A stretch of DNA of 64,000 nucleotides from the NCBI GenBank assembly GCA_016934535.1, contig JAFGSQ010000010.1, positions 1 to 64,000 on the forward strand, read 5' to 3'. Source of the DNA: a candidate division WOR-3 bacterium (GTDB lineage: Bacteria; SDB-A). Position numbers and translations under genes: made by a program. How positions within the stretch are numbered: the first letter of the stretch is position 1; each line of letters opens with the position of its first letter. Shown one piece after another: positions 18,784 through 28,184 of this stretch. The notes beneath the pieces were generated by a model. It was given only the letters and a program-made list of their open reading frames with translations, ran no database searches and was not told the DNA's origin.

Positions 18784-18928
18784 ATCCTTCAGCGTCAGGT
18801 CTTCTGACTCTCGCTTCATCCTCAGGCGAGCCTTCCCGGATTTTCCAGTGGCACGTTTCGCCTTCGTCAGCGATCACAGCGGCGGGGACCGTCTCCGTTC
18901 ATCGGAACTTCCCTTGTCGCCGAAGAAT
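18784..18928 (-). promoter_or_regulatory. Cobalamin riboswitch
   Basis: Minus strand AAGGGAA...CGGTCCCCGCCGCTGTGA...GCCACTG...GGGAAGG...GAGTCAGAAGACCTG (B12 box); closing stem TTCTTCGGCG/CGCTGAAGGA; upstream of a TonB receptor. Confidence 0.92.
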
Positions 18929-18940
18929 TTTTAAGGCAAA

Positions 18941-18969
18941 ATTAAATCATTTATGATAATAAATGTCAA
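18941..18969 (-). promoter_or_regulatory. Sigma70 promoter of the riboswitch-btuB transcript, overlapped by a Fur-like box
   Basis: TTGACA-N17-TTTAAT on the minus strand; TGATAAT-A-AATGTCA at 18954-18968. Confidence 0.55.
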
Positions 18970-18988
18970 CATATAAAGGCGGATTCAA

Positions 18989-19777
18989 TTGGCAAAAATT
19001 ATATCTATTACCAATCAAAAAGGCGGCGTCGCCAAAACGACAACCGCTGTCAATCTCGGAGCGTCCCTCGCGGCTGCTGAAAAAAAAATACTCATTGTAG
19101 ACGCCGACCCTCAAGCCAACGCGACTATAGGCCTCGGGGTTGATGCCGCAAATATAAAAACTCTCTACGATGTTTTCTCGGGAAACTGCATGGCTCTCGA
19201 CGCGATTATCAAATTTGACTACCTTCCGTTTTTTCATCTCATACCGGCCTCTCAGCATCTGTCTGGAATGGAAGTTGAGTTAGCCGGAGAAAAGGACAGA
19301 AACGAATTCCTCAAAGATTCTTTAAAAGAATTAGGGAATCATTACGATTACATAATTCTCGACACGCCTCCTACCCTGGGGATTCTCACGGTCAACGCCC
19401 TTGCAGCTGCAGACGGGATACTCATAACAATGCAGCCTGAATTCTACGCTCTTGACGGATTGAGCAAACTGATGAGAACATACGAATTGGTCAGTCGGGA
19501 ACTTAATCCTTCCCTCGATATAGAGGGAATAGTTTTCACTCTCGTCGACCCGCGTTTGAAATTAGTTAAGGAAATAATGGACGAGGTCAGGGGGTTTTTC
19601 CCCCAGCACGTCTTTTCGACATACGTGGCGAGAAACATAAGACTTGCCGAAGCTCCGAGTTTCGGGAAACCGATACTTCTCTACGATGCGGAATCCATCG
19701 GCGCCAAGAACTATGTGTCTCTCGCCGTGGAGTTTTTAAAAAGAGAAAGGCTTAAAAATGAAAAAAAGACTGGGTAA
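18989..19777 (+). CDS. parA: Chromosome partitioning ATPase ParA/Soj
   Basis: NQKGGVAKTTT, DADPQANAT, LDTPP, RLAEAPSFGKP; TTG start. Confidence 0.96.
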   Translation: MAKIISITNQKGGVAKTTTAVNLGASLAAAEKKILIVDADPQANATIGLGVDAANIKTLYDVFSGNCMALDAIIKFDYLPFFHLIPASQHLSGMEVELAGEKDRNEFLKDSLKELGNHYDYIILDTPPTLGILTVNALAAADGILITMQPEFYALDGLSKLMRTYELVSRELNPSLDIEGIVFTLVDPRLKLVKEIMDEVRGFFPQHVFSTYVARNIRLAEAPSFGKPILLYDAESIGAKNYVSLAVEFLKRERLKNEKKTG

Positions 19778-20621
19778 AGGTTTTGACGCACTGATAGGCG
19801 CGGCGTCCTCTCTCAAAACGTCAGACGACGCCCTCGTCGAACTCGATATAGAACTTCTTAAAAAAGGTAAATTTCAGCCCCGGACGTATTTCGACGATGA
19901 AACTCTAGCTGAACTGTCTCAGTCGATAAAACAGGACGGCATAATTGAACCCTTGATAATCCGTCCGTCTTCCGACGGCCGATACGAAATAATCTGCGGT
20001 GAGAGAAGATTTGAAGCCGCTAAAAAGGTGGGTCTGAAAACGGTTCCTGTAATAATCAAAGACGTCCCCGACTTGAAGGCTCTCGAAATTTCAATGATAG
20101 AAAACCTGCAGAGAGAAAACCTGAACCCGATCGAGGAAGCCGAAGGATACAGCATAATGTCTTCAAAATTTCATCTGAGCCAGCAGGACATTTCGGACAG
20201 AGTGGGAAAAAGCAGGTCGACGGTCGCCAACTCTCTTCGCCTTCTGGACCTTCCGGATGAAGTCAAACTGCTCGTCAGAAAAGCCAGCATTTCAGCCGGT
20301 CACGCCAGAGCCATACTATCGCTGAAGGAAAAAAGGCTTATGATGATCGCCGCTCAGAGAATCATAGACAAAAACCTCTCCGTACGCGAGACTGAAAATT
20401 ATGTCGAAGACATTAAAAAAACCCACAAACCTGAAAAAAGACGGAAGCCCATCCACGGAAACCCGGAAATTTCCGCGATCGAAAGCAGGCTGTCAGAAAA
20501 AATCGGTAATCCGGTAAAAATCAAGATGGCCGGAAAAAAAGGCCGTCTTGTCATCGAATTCTTTTCTTACGACGAACTGAACCAAATAATGAAGCGATTC
20601 GGTTTAACCGAGCTTCAGTAA
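19758..20621 (+). CDS. parB: Chromosome partitioning protein ParB/Spo0J
   Basis: LGKGFDAL, QPR, GERRFEA, ENLQRENL, HTH GKSRSTVAN. Confidence 0.96.
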   Translation: MKKRLGKGFDALIGAASSLKTSDDALVELDIELLKKGKFQPRTYFDDETLAELSQSIKQDGIIEPLIIRPSSDGRYEIICGERRFEAAKKVGLKTVPVIIKDVPDLKALEISMIENLQRENLNPIEEAEGYSIMSSKFHLSQQDISDRVGKSRSTVANSLRLLDLPDEVKLLVRKASISAGHARAILSLKEKRLMMIAAQRIIDKNLSVRETENYVEDIKKTHKPEKRRKPIHGNPEISAIESRLSEKIGNPVKIKMAGKKGRLVIEFFSYDELNQIMKRFGLTELQ

Positions 20622-20640
20622 TCCTTCATCGGGAGGGCAG

Positions 20641-21714
20641 ATGAAATCAACAAACGAACGCCTGAGAACATTTTGTGAAATACCCGGTTTAACGGGCATG
20701 GAAGCCGCCGTGGCAAAAAAATTCATCGAAGAGGCGAAACCCTTTTCTGACGAAACATACATAGATCATGTCGGAAACGCCGTAGCAGTAAAAAGAGGCT
20801 CGGGCAAAAGAAAAATACTCGCCGCCGCTCACATGGACGAGATCGGACTGATAATTACCAAAATTCTGAAGGGCGGATATCTCAGAGTTTATCAGGTCGG
20901 AGGAGTCGACCGATCTATTCTCCTGGGCCAGGAAGTCGTAGTGCATACTTCGAAGGGCGAAATCGAAGGAGTCGTCGGATCCAAACCTCCGCATCTCATG
21001 GCGCCGGAAGAACAGAAGAAACCCCTTGGCTGGGACGGTATTTTCATCGACACTAGCCTTGATGAAAAAGAAGTCGTCTCAAAAATTGCCGTGGGCGATT
21101 TCATATCTTTCAAGGCCAACAGCGTCGAACTTCTCGACAAAAGTTTTTCATCAAAATCCATAGACGACAGATTCGGCCTCGCTGTACTTGTTATGACGCT
21201 CGAAAGACTGCACAATATCAATACTGACTGGAATTTTTACGCCGTCGGCACAGTTCAGGAAGAATGGACCGGATTAGGCGCAAAAAGCTCCGCCTACGCT
21301 ATTAATCCTGACGTCGCCGTGGCACTCGATGTCACTCACGGCAACATGCCCGGTTTAAAAGAATCGGAAACTTTTAAACTCGGCAAAGGAATAACCCTGT
21401 CGGTAGGACCCAACATACACAGAGGAATCCTTTCCAAAGCGAAAAAAATATGCGAATACGAAGAGATACCTTACGCCAATGAAATAGCACCTTACGGGAC
21501 AGGCACCGACGCTTACACAATCCAGCTGATCAGGAACGGAATCCCGTGCATTGTGATATCCGCTCCGGTCAGATCCATGCATTCTCCGGTTGAGACGATT
21601 TCACACAAGGACGTTGAAAGATCTGCCCGTTTGTTATCTTCCCTGGTCACAGAACTGGATGATGATGATCTCGACATCGACAAACCGGAAATAAAAGAAG
21701 ACGAAAAGGAGTAG
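20641..21714 (+). CDS. M42 family (TET) aminopeptidase 1
   Basis: AAHMDE, DDR, QEE, DVT, GTDA, MHS metal/catalytic motifs. Confidence 0.92.
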   Translation: MKSTNERLRTFCEIPGLTGMEAAVAKKFIEEAKPFSDETYIDHVGNAVAVKRGSGKRKILAAAHMDEIGLIITKILKGGYLRVYQVGGVDRSILLGQEVVVHTSKGEIEGVVGSKPPHLMAPEEQKKPLGWDGIFIDTSLDEKEVVSKIAVGDFISFKANSVELLDKSFSSKSIDDRFGLAVLVMTLERLHNINTDWNFYAVGTVQEEWTGLGAKSSAYAINPDVAVALDVTHGNMPGLKESETFKLGKGITLSVGPNIHRGILSKAKKICEYEEIPYANEIAPYGTGTDAYTIQLIRNGIPCIVISAPVRSMHSPVETISHKDVERSARLLSSLVTELDDDDLDIDKPEIKEDEKE

Positions 21715-21717
21715 CCG

Positions 21718-22749
21718 ATGTATCTTGAAAAACTGTCTAATTTATGCGGCGTTGCCGGCTACGAGCACAATGTCAGGAAATTCATAAAAGAGAACGTCTC
21801 AAAATATGTGACTTCCGTGGAGACGGATTCTTTGGGAAATCTTATATGCTATAAGAAAGGAACTGAGAAATCCTCAAAAATTCTGCTTGCTGCTCACATG
21901 GACGAGGTCGGTTTTATCGTTGAAAGCGTCAGCAAAGAAGGATTCATACACTTCACTCCGTCAGGAGGGATAGATCCGAGAGTACTGCCTGCCAAGAGAG
22001 TGCTCATAGGTGATAAAGCCGTTCCGGGGATAATATGCTGGCCGCCTCCCCATCTAAATAAAAAACCCGCTTCTTCGGTACCTGAAGTCTCCGGACTTAT
22101 TGTTGACATCGGCGCTGAAAATGACAAATCCGCACTTAAAAAAATAGCTGTCGGTGATTTCATCACTTTTGACACTAAATTCGGACATTTGACCAAAGAC
22201 AGAGTAAAGGGCAAAGCTTTCGACGACAGAATAGGATGCTCTCTTCTCATGGAGATACTCAAAAAACATGAAGGTTATCCTTTCGACATTTTCGGAGTTT
22301 TCACAGTGCAGGAAGAAGTCGGTCTGAGAGGCGCAGGCGTAATAGGAGAAAGAATAGACCCAAAAGCAGCCATTGTGCTTGAAGGGACAGGAGCGGCTGA
22401 CTTTCCTCCCGACGACGAGGAACTCGATCTTCCTTCATATCCGTCTTTAGGGAAAGGCGCTGTGGTCACTTTGACAGACCGTTCCATTTCGGTCGGGAAA
22501 AAAATGATCGACATCATCGAAAAAACCGCCAAGGAAAACAGGATAAAATATCAGTTCAAACAGCCTCAGATCGGAGGAACAGACGCCGGAAGAATTCACG
22601 TTTCCAGGAAAGGAATTCCCTGCGCTATATTCAGCGTTCCATCACGGTACATACACTCGCCGGTCTCAATTGCTTCGCTTTCTGATTACAGGGAAACACT
22701 GAATATGGCCTACGCCTGCCTGCCTGAATTTGCCAAAACATTTTCATGA
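21718..22749 (+). CDS. M42 family aminopeptidase 2
   Basis: AAHMDE, KAFDDR, QEEVG, LEGT, GGTDAG, RYIHS. Confidence 0.92.
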   Translation: MYLEKLSNLCGVAGYEHNVRKFIKENVSKYVTSVETDSLGNLICYKKGTEKSSKILLAAHMDEVGFIVESVSKEGFIHFTPSGGIDPRVLPAKRVLIGDKAVPGIICWPPPHLNKKPASSVPEVSGLIVDIGAENDKSALKKIAVGDFITFDTKFGHLTKDRVKGKAFDDRIGCSLLMEILKKHEGYPFDIFGVFTVQEEVGLRGAGVIGERIDPKAAIVLEGTGAADFPPDDEELDLPSYPSLGKGAVVTLTDRSISVGKKMIDIIEKTAKENRIKYQFKQPQIGGTDAGRIHVSRKGIPCAIFSVPSRYIHSPVSIASLSDYRETLNMAYACLPEFAKTFS

Positions 22750-22762
22750 CAAGGAGTTAAAA

Positions 22763-23767
22763 ATGAGAAATATAGCCGAAAAATTTACGCAAGTTTACGG
22801 TCCTTCGGGAAACGAAAACAAGATAAGAAAAACCATAGAATCCGAGATCAAATCTTTCGTCGACGAGATTCACACGGACAACCTGGGAAATCTCATAGCG
22901 AGAAAAAAGGGTCCAGGCAAAAAAATCCTATTTGCCGCCCACATGGACGAAATCGGAGTCATAGTCAATTACGCCGACGAAAAAGGATTTTTGCGCTTTG
23001 CGCCTCTGGGAGGAGTTTATCCGATGATAGCCGCCGGCCAGAGAGTCGTTTTTGAAGACGGCACACAGGGCGTCGTAGGCTGTGAATCCAGAGACATTAC
23101 TCCCGGAACCATCCCCCCTCTCTCAAAAATGTACATAGACATAGGAGCAAAAGACAGGAAAGAAGCCCTCGCAAAAATCAGGATTGGCGACAAAGCGGGA
23201 TTCTCAAACGGTTTTTCGGTAAACGGCCAGAGATGGATTTCAAAGGCTATGGACGACAGGATAGGTTGCGCGGTCATAGCGGACGCCATAAAGAAGATAA
23301 AGAAACCCGTAAACGACCTGTATTTCGTTTTCACGGTTCAGGAGGAGGTAGGTCTCAGAGGAGCCAAAACATCGGCTTACGCAATCGATCCCGCGCTTGC
23401 CGTCGCTGTTGACGTAACGGGAACGGGCGACACTCCAAAAGGATTCACGATGTCTGTCGAGATGGGAAAAGGTCCGGGGCTTAAAATTATGGACGCTTCC
23501 ATTGTCGTCACAGAAAAAATGAAAAGTTATATGAGAGAAACCGCTGAAAAAAGAGACATTCCTTATCAAAACGAAATATTGGTTTTCGGCGGAACAGACG
23601 CCGGAGCGTTTAGCATGACCAGATCCGGCATTCATTCCGGATGCATTTCAGTTCCTTCAAGATATATCCATTCTCCCAGCGAAATGGTAGATTCATCCGA
23701 CGTCGAAAACGCATCCAAGTGGATAGTATCAATGTGCGAAACGGACGCCGCCGCCGCCGGGTTTTAA
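22763..23767 (+). CDS. M42 family aminopeptidase 3
   Basis: AAHMDE, KAMDDR, QEEVG, VDVT, GGTDAG, RYIHS; start moved to ATG 22763 after SD AAGGAG. Confidence 0.92.
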   Translation: MRNIAEKFTQVYGPSGNENKIRKTIESEIKSFVDEIHTDNLGNLIARKKGPGKKILFAAHMDEIGVIVNYADEKGFLRFAPLGGVYPMIAAGQRVVFEDGTQGVVGCESRDITPGTIPPLSKMYIDIGAKDRKEALAKIRIGDKAGFSNGFSVNGQRWISKAMDDRIGCAVIADAIKKIKKPVNDLYFVFTVQEEVGLRGAKTSAYAIDPALAVAVDVTGTGDTPKGFTMSVEMGKGPGLKIMDASIVVTEKMKSYMRETAEKRDIPYQNEILVFGGTDAGAFSMTRSGIHSGCISVPSRYIHSPSEMVDSSDVENASKWIVSMCETDAAAAGF

Positions 23768-23770
23768 AAA

Positions 23771-24505
23771 ATGATGAGAACCGACGGCAGAATCGGCGAA
23801 GCTTCTCGGCAGATTAATATAATTGCGCCCTATCAGAAAAACGTGCCCGGTTCCTGTCTTTGCCAGTATGGTGAAACCTGGGTCTGTTGTTCGGTTTCCA
23901 TAACCGACGGAGTGCCGGTCTGGCTGAAAGGCAAAGGCCACGGATGGCTTACCGCAGAATACGGCATGCTGCCCGGGTCTTCCTCTCAAAGAGTGAAAAG
24001 GGAAAGAATATACGCGAATTCCAGGTCTCTAGAGATCGGCAGACTCATTGGCAGGTCCCTTCGTTCTTCGGTGGACGTCAAAGCTCTTCCTCAAATGACC
24101 ATTACAGTTGACTGCGATGTAATTCAAGCCGACGGCGGAACGAGAACAGCCTCAATAACCGGCTCGTGGGTCTCTTTGGTTATGGGTTTGAACCGGCTTC
24201 GTTCTCAGGGAACCTTGAAAAGCGACCCTATTATAAGGCAGATAGCCGCCATGAGTGCCGGATTCTGCCAAAATCGAGCACTGGTCGATCTCAACTATGA
24301 AGAAGACAGTTCCGCAGATTTCGACGCTAATTTTGTTTTCACCAAAGATCTCGACATCGTCGAAATACAATCCTCCGCAGAAGGCTATCCGATCACCAAA
24401 AAACAGTTTGTTACTCTTTTCGAATCGGTTTTAAAAGTCATGCCTTCCGTTTTTTCAGCCCAGGACAAAGTTTTGGATTCTCTCGGTCTCGCACTTAAAT
24501 GCTGA
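23771..24505 (+). CDS. rph: Ribonuclease PH
   Basis: GWLTAEYGMLP, EIGRLIGRSLR, DCDVIQADGGTRTASITG, DLNYEEDS. Confidence 0.95.
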   Translation: MMRTDGRIGEASRQINIIAPYQKNVPGSCLCQYGETWVCCSVSITDGVPVWLKGKGHGWLTAEYGMLPGSSSQRVKRERIYANSRSLEIGRLIGRSLRSSVDVKALPQMTITVDCDVIQADGGTRTASITGSWVSLVMGLNRLRSQGTLKSDPIIRQIAAMSAGFCQNRALVDLNYEEDSSADFDANFVFTKDLDIVEIQSSAEGYPITKKQFVTLFESVLKVMPSVFSAQDKVLDSLGLALKC

Positions 24506-25494
24506 ACGGAAATCTGTTTACAAAAAAGGTCGATTCTCATCAAAGCAGAATCCGATTGGATTCATTTCTTTCTTCTTCCGGAGCTCCGACAAGCCGATCC
24601 AGGCTGAAAAAACTCATTGAGGACGGATTTGTTTCCGTAAACGGAGAAACCGTCCGCGTGCCCCATCATTATGTCAAACGAGGAGACGTGCTGATCGTTG
24701 CTTTCCCTAAAGAACCCGTCATGTCACTTGAGCCTGAAAACATAGACATCAAGATAGCCTACGAGGACGATGAAATTATAGTCGTGGACAAGCGTGCGGG
24801 ATTAGTTGTTCATCCGGCTAAAGGGAACAGGGAAGGAACTCTCGTCAACGCACTCTTGTTTCATTCGAGTCTTTCCGAAAGCGGCTCACTCGAACATCGC
24901 CCCGGCATTGTCCACAGACTCGACAAGGACACTTCCGGACTGATGGTAACTGTGAAGACCGAGACGGCATACAGAAACCTTCAGAATCAGATATCTTCGA
25001 GAAAAATGAAAAGGGAGTACCTCGCACTGGTATGGGGGCAACCTGATAAAAACGGAACAATAGAAGCGCCTATTGGCAGGAGCACAGTCAACAGAAAAAA
25101 AATGGCGGTGACTTCATACAGGTCCAAAGATGCGAGAACTCATTTCAGAACACTAGTAAACTTCGGCGCGGCGACTCTGGTTCTTTGCAGTCTCGACACA
25201 GGAAGAACTCACCAGATAAGAGTTCACATGAAACACATAGGGCATCCAGTCATCGGAGACAGAGAATACGGCGGAGCAACCTCTTATCCTCAGGGTGTTT
25301 CGGGCAAATGGTCTTTTCAGGTAGAAAAGATCAGAAAACTCGTCCCCCGCCAATTCCTTCACGCCGCGAGGCTTTCGTTCGAGCATCCCCGCGACGGCAA
25401 AGGATTGAAATTTTACTCTCCTTTGCCCGAAGAACTCCGTCCCGTTCTTTTATTTCTATCAGAACAAAGATCTATTTATTTGTGCTCTGTGTAG
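24499..25494 (+). CDS. rluD: RluA-family 23S rRNA pseudouridine synthase with S4 domain
   Basis: S4 domain (RLD...SRS), GLVVHP, HRLDKDTSG, TGRTHQIRVH. Confidence 0.88.
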   Translation: MLNGNLFTKKVDSHQSRIRLDSFLSSSGAPTSRSRLKKLIEDGFVSVNGETVRVPHHYVKRGDVLIVAFPKEPVMSLEPENIDIKIAYEDDEIIVVDKRAGLVVHPAKGNREGTLVNALLFHSSLSESGSLEHRPGIVHRLDKDTSGLMVTVKTETAYRNLQNQISSRKMKREYLALVWGQPDKNGTIEAPIGRSTVNRKKMAVTSYRSKDARTHFRTLVNFGAATLVLCSLDTGRTHQIRVHMKHIGHPVIGDREYGGATSYPQGVSGKWSFQVEKIRKLVPRQFLHAARLSFEHPRDGKGLKFYSPLPEELRPVLLFLSEQRSIYLCSV

Positions 25495-26003
25495 ATAACC
25501 GTGACTAAAGTGTTGTCACCGTCGCTGTTTTTTGAGGTGCTCACTGTAGCTTCCGAATTATCTTTCTTTATCTGAACCATGTATCCTTCAGGATGAGATG
25601 TTTCCATGACAATATCCCATCCCGTCAAGTTTTTGTAATAGTTAATTGCGTCTCCCGGGCTGTCATCTGTTTCAAAAACGACAGAATAATTATCGAATTC
25701 GTCTTCTTCGACAAACATTACGCTTTTTGCCCTGGCACCGGGATATACGATGTCTTCGTCAAGGTCGTAGTCGTCGAGATCGACGTCATCGGAATATTGA
25801 TAAGACCCTGTTGAATCTTTTATGGTGATTGAGCCGTCTGAAATATCGACATCGCCGCCAGTAATTCCTTCTGTTATCTGTTCACCGATTTCTTCGCCGA
25901 CTTTTTCAGATATTTTATCACCGAGGTTGCATGCGCCGCAGCAACCCTGCATCAGCGTTATCAAGGCAACGCATGACAACAAAATAATAATAAACCTCGT
26001 CAT
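25476..26003 (-). CDS. Hypothetical acidic lipoprotein
   Basis: Signal peptide with MQGC lipobox; SD GGAGG; PxYPGA-like motif. Confidence 0.75.
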   Translation of the reverse strand: MTRFIIILLSCVALITLMQGCCGACNLGDKISEKVGEEIGEQITEGITGGDVDISDGSITIKDSTGSYQYSDDVDLDDYDLDEDIVYPGARAKSVMFVEEDEFDNYSVVFETDDSPGDAINYYKNLTGWDIVMETSHPEGYMVQIKKDNSEATVSTSKNSDGDNTLVTVIYTEHK

Positions 26004-26015
26004 GATCCCTCCGTT

Positions 26016-26219
26016 TCAGATTTGAACATCTTCTTTTTTCTTCGTTTCCCGCGAGCGTCGCCGGATCAATCCGACCAAAGTTACAACGAATAGGTCGGCA
26101 CCCACTACAACCAGGGCTATCGGCCAGTCTCTTTTTACACTCAAATAACCCGCGTTTGACAACCATAGAAGTGCTCCGACAACGATCAAAAGTATACTTA
26201 AGTTCATTGCAAATTTCAC
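26016..26219 (-). CDS. Small membrane protein (LiaF-TM/DUF5668-like)
   Basis: LLIVVGALLWLSN...DWPIALVVVG; likely GTG start after AGGGGG. Confidence 0.65.
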   Translation of the reverse strand: MKFAMNLSILLIVVGALLWLSNAGYLSVKRDWPIALVVVGADLFVVTLVGLIRRRSRETKKKEDVQI

Positions 26220-26286
26220 TTTTCCCCCTTTCACTTTAATTACTTATACCATAAAGACCTCATCTTTAAAAGCCTGTGCCTGGCGC

Positions 26287-26315
26287 TTGCGCTGGAACGC
26301 CGTTGCTCGTAAACT
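26287..26315 (+). promoter_or_regulatory. Putative sigma70 promoter for the porX-like gene
   Basis: TTGCGC-N17-TAAACT upstream of SD AAGGA and ATG 26340. Confidence 0.4.
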
Positions 26316-26339
26316 AAATAAAAAAATGAAAGGATAAAA

Positions 26340-27899
26340 ATGCCGACAAAATATAAAATCATCTGGATAGACGACGAAGTAGAGCTTTTTGAACCTCACA
26401 TAAAACTCCTTAACAAACAGAACTACGAAGTCAAAACTGCGAACAACGGCTACGACGCAGTCTCCATGATAGAAAGAGAATCGTTCGATCTGGTATTTCT
26501 CGACGTGATGATGCCCGGAAAAGACGGCATAAGCGTTCTCGATGATATAAAAAGCCTGAAACCTTCTCTTCCTGTCGTAATGATCACAAAAAGCGAAGAT
26601 GAAATAACTGTCGACGAAAGCATCGCCCTGAAAGCGGACGATTATGTCGTCAAACCGGTACATCCGAGTCAGCTGATCGCCGTGTGCAAAAAATTCCTCG
26701 AAAGAGAAAGGCTCATAGACACGAGAATACCTCCGAGATACACGGAAGAGCTGAAATCCCTGAAAACTCAGTTCGAAAGCGAAAATCCTTTCACCTGGAT
26801 TGACCTTGCCAAAAAGATAAACACATGGACTTTGAGACTTCTTGACAGCTCTGATTCTCTTCTCAGGGAAATTCACTCCGACATAAGAAAAGAAGCCGAC
26901 CTGGCTTTGTCTTCATTTTTTCAGAAGTTCTACCCCGATATAATCAACGACAAAAATGCTCCGGTTTTATCGCACACTTTCCTTGAACGGATTTTAATAC
27001 CTCTTTACGAAGAAAAACCTCCCCTTCTTTTCGTTATAATCGACTGCATGAGGTCCGACCAATGGACTGAGATATCCAAATTTCTCGAAAAGTATTTTTC
27101 CATAAGTTCGTCCTATTATTTTTCCATTCTACCTTCGGCGACTCCATATTCGAGAAATTCAATTTTTTCCGGCATGACTCCATCGGCTACGGTCACAAAA
27201 TTCCCTGAATTTTTGAACATTCTCGAACAGCCCCATCAGAACAAATTCGAAAAAGATTTTCTCCTATCCTTTTTCAGAAACGTCAAAGGGGCAAAAGACT
27301 CGGACATATTGTATAAAAAAATACTAAATAAAACCGCAGAGACAAACTTTTTATCCGAAATACAAGCCGTATCCAAAACCAAGTTTTCAGCCGTCGTAGT
27401 CGACTTCGTCGATATTCTCTCTCATTCAATTTCGCGCAATCCGATCCTCGAAGAGATGATACACGATGAAAGAGCTCTCAAAAGCGCCACTATAACGTGG
27501 TTTGAAAATTCACCTTTGATGAACGCCATAATCAAAGCAGGGGAACTTGGCGTGACTGTTGTCATAACGACGGATCACGGTTCAATACAGGTCAAGACAC
27601 CCTCAATTCTCAAAAACGCCCAGGGTGAAGTATCGTCGAACCTGAGATATAAATACGGTGAAAAACTCGGCGTGATAGATAAACACAGGGAGAGGGCCGT
27701 TGTGATAAGCGATCCACAACCGTGGGGACTGCCTTCGCACGGACACAATTTTAATTACGTCATTTCCACGCACGATTCTTTTCTGGTCTATCCGACAAAT
27801 CCGGAACAATACACCAGAGAATACATGAACACTTTTCAGCACGGAGGAATTTCCCTTGATGAAATTGTAATTCCTTACGCAGTTTTGAGACCCCGTTAA
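26340..27899 (+). CDS. porX: PorX-like response regulator (receiver + PglZ/alkaline-phosphatase domain)
   Basis: WIDDE...FLDVMMPG...MITKSE...KP receiver; IIDCMRSDQW, SILPSATPYSRNSIF, TTDHG, NLRYKYG, TFQHGGIS. Confidence 0.85.
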   Translation: MPTKYKIIWIDDEVELFEPHIKLLNKQNYEVKTANNGYDAVSMIERESFDLVFLDVMMPGKDGISVLDDIKSLKPSLPVVMITKSEDEITVDESIALKADDYVVKPVHPSQLIAVCKKFLERERLIDTRIPPRYTEELKSLKTQFESENPFTWIDLAKKINTWTLRLLDSSDSLLREIHSDIRKEADLALSSFFQKFYPDIINDKNAPVLSHTFLERILIPLYEEKPPLLFVIIDCMRSDQWTEISKFLEKYFSISSSYYFSILPSATPYSRNSIFSGMTPSATVTKFPEFLNILEQPHQNKFEKDFLLSFFRNVKGAKDSDILYKKILNKTAETNFLSEIQAVSKTKFSAVVVDFVDILSHSISRNPILEEMIHDERALKSATITWFENSPLMNAIIKAGELGVTVVITTDHGSIQVKTPSILKNAQGEVSSNLRYKYGEKLGVIDKHRERAVVISDPQPWGLPSHGHNFNYVISTHDSFLVYPTNPEQYTREYMNTFQHGGISLDEIVIPYAVLRPR

Positions 27900-27903
27900 C
27901 CGT

Positions 27904-28170
27904 TTATTTGCTCTGTGTTACTTTCAGGATCAAACCTTCTTCGTCGATTGTCACCCTTGTTATTTTCTCGGCAACGCTTTCTCCGTATGTTACGTTTCTC
28001 CTGAAAGTGAACACTCTCATCTTTTTTCCCGGTTTTTTAGGAAAACTCACACCGAGCTTTTTACCGAGTTTTCGATCCGGGGTTGCTTCTACAGTTTTCA
28101 CGTCATGGTCTACCCCCGAAAGCTCGGGAAGTTTTTCGAGTATCTTATTAAGCAATTCGTCGTTCCGCAT
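27904..28170 (-). CDS. Hypothetical small basic protein
   Basis: SD GGAG; directly downstream of the clan CD protease. Confidence 0.7.
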   Translation of the reverse strand: MRNDELLNKILEKLPELSGVDHDVKTVEATPDRKLGKKLGVSFPKKPGKKMRVFTFRRNVTYGESVAEKITRVTIDEEGLILKVTQSK

Positions 28171-28184
28171 AAACTCTCCGTTTT

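Noticed and set aside
18935-20700. parS site near parAB
   Set aside because: No TGTTTCACGTGAAACA-like palindrome seen here or elsewhere by eye.
26244-26876. 210-aa minus-strand ORF (and similar ORFs at 2297-3028, 9368-9904, 12998-13561, 47868-48422, 58539-59078)
   Set aside because: Antisense shadows of well-supported genes, with no motifs or SD.
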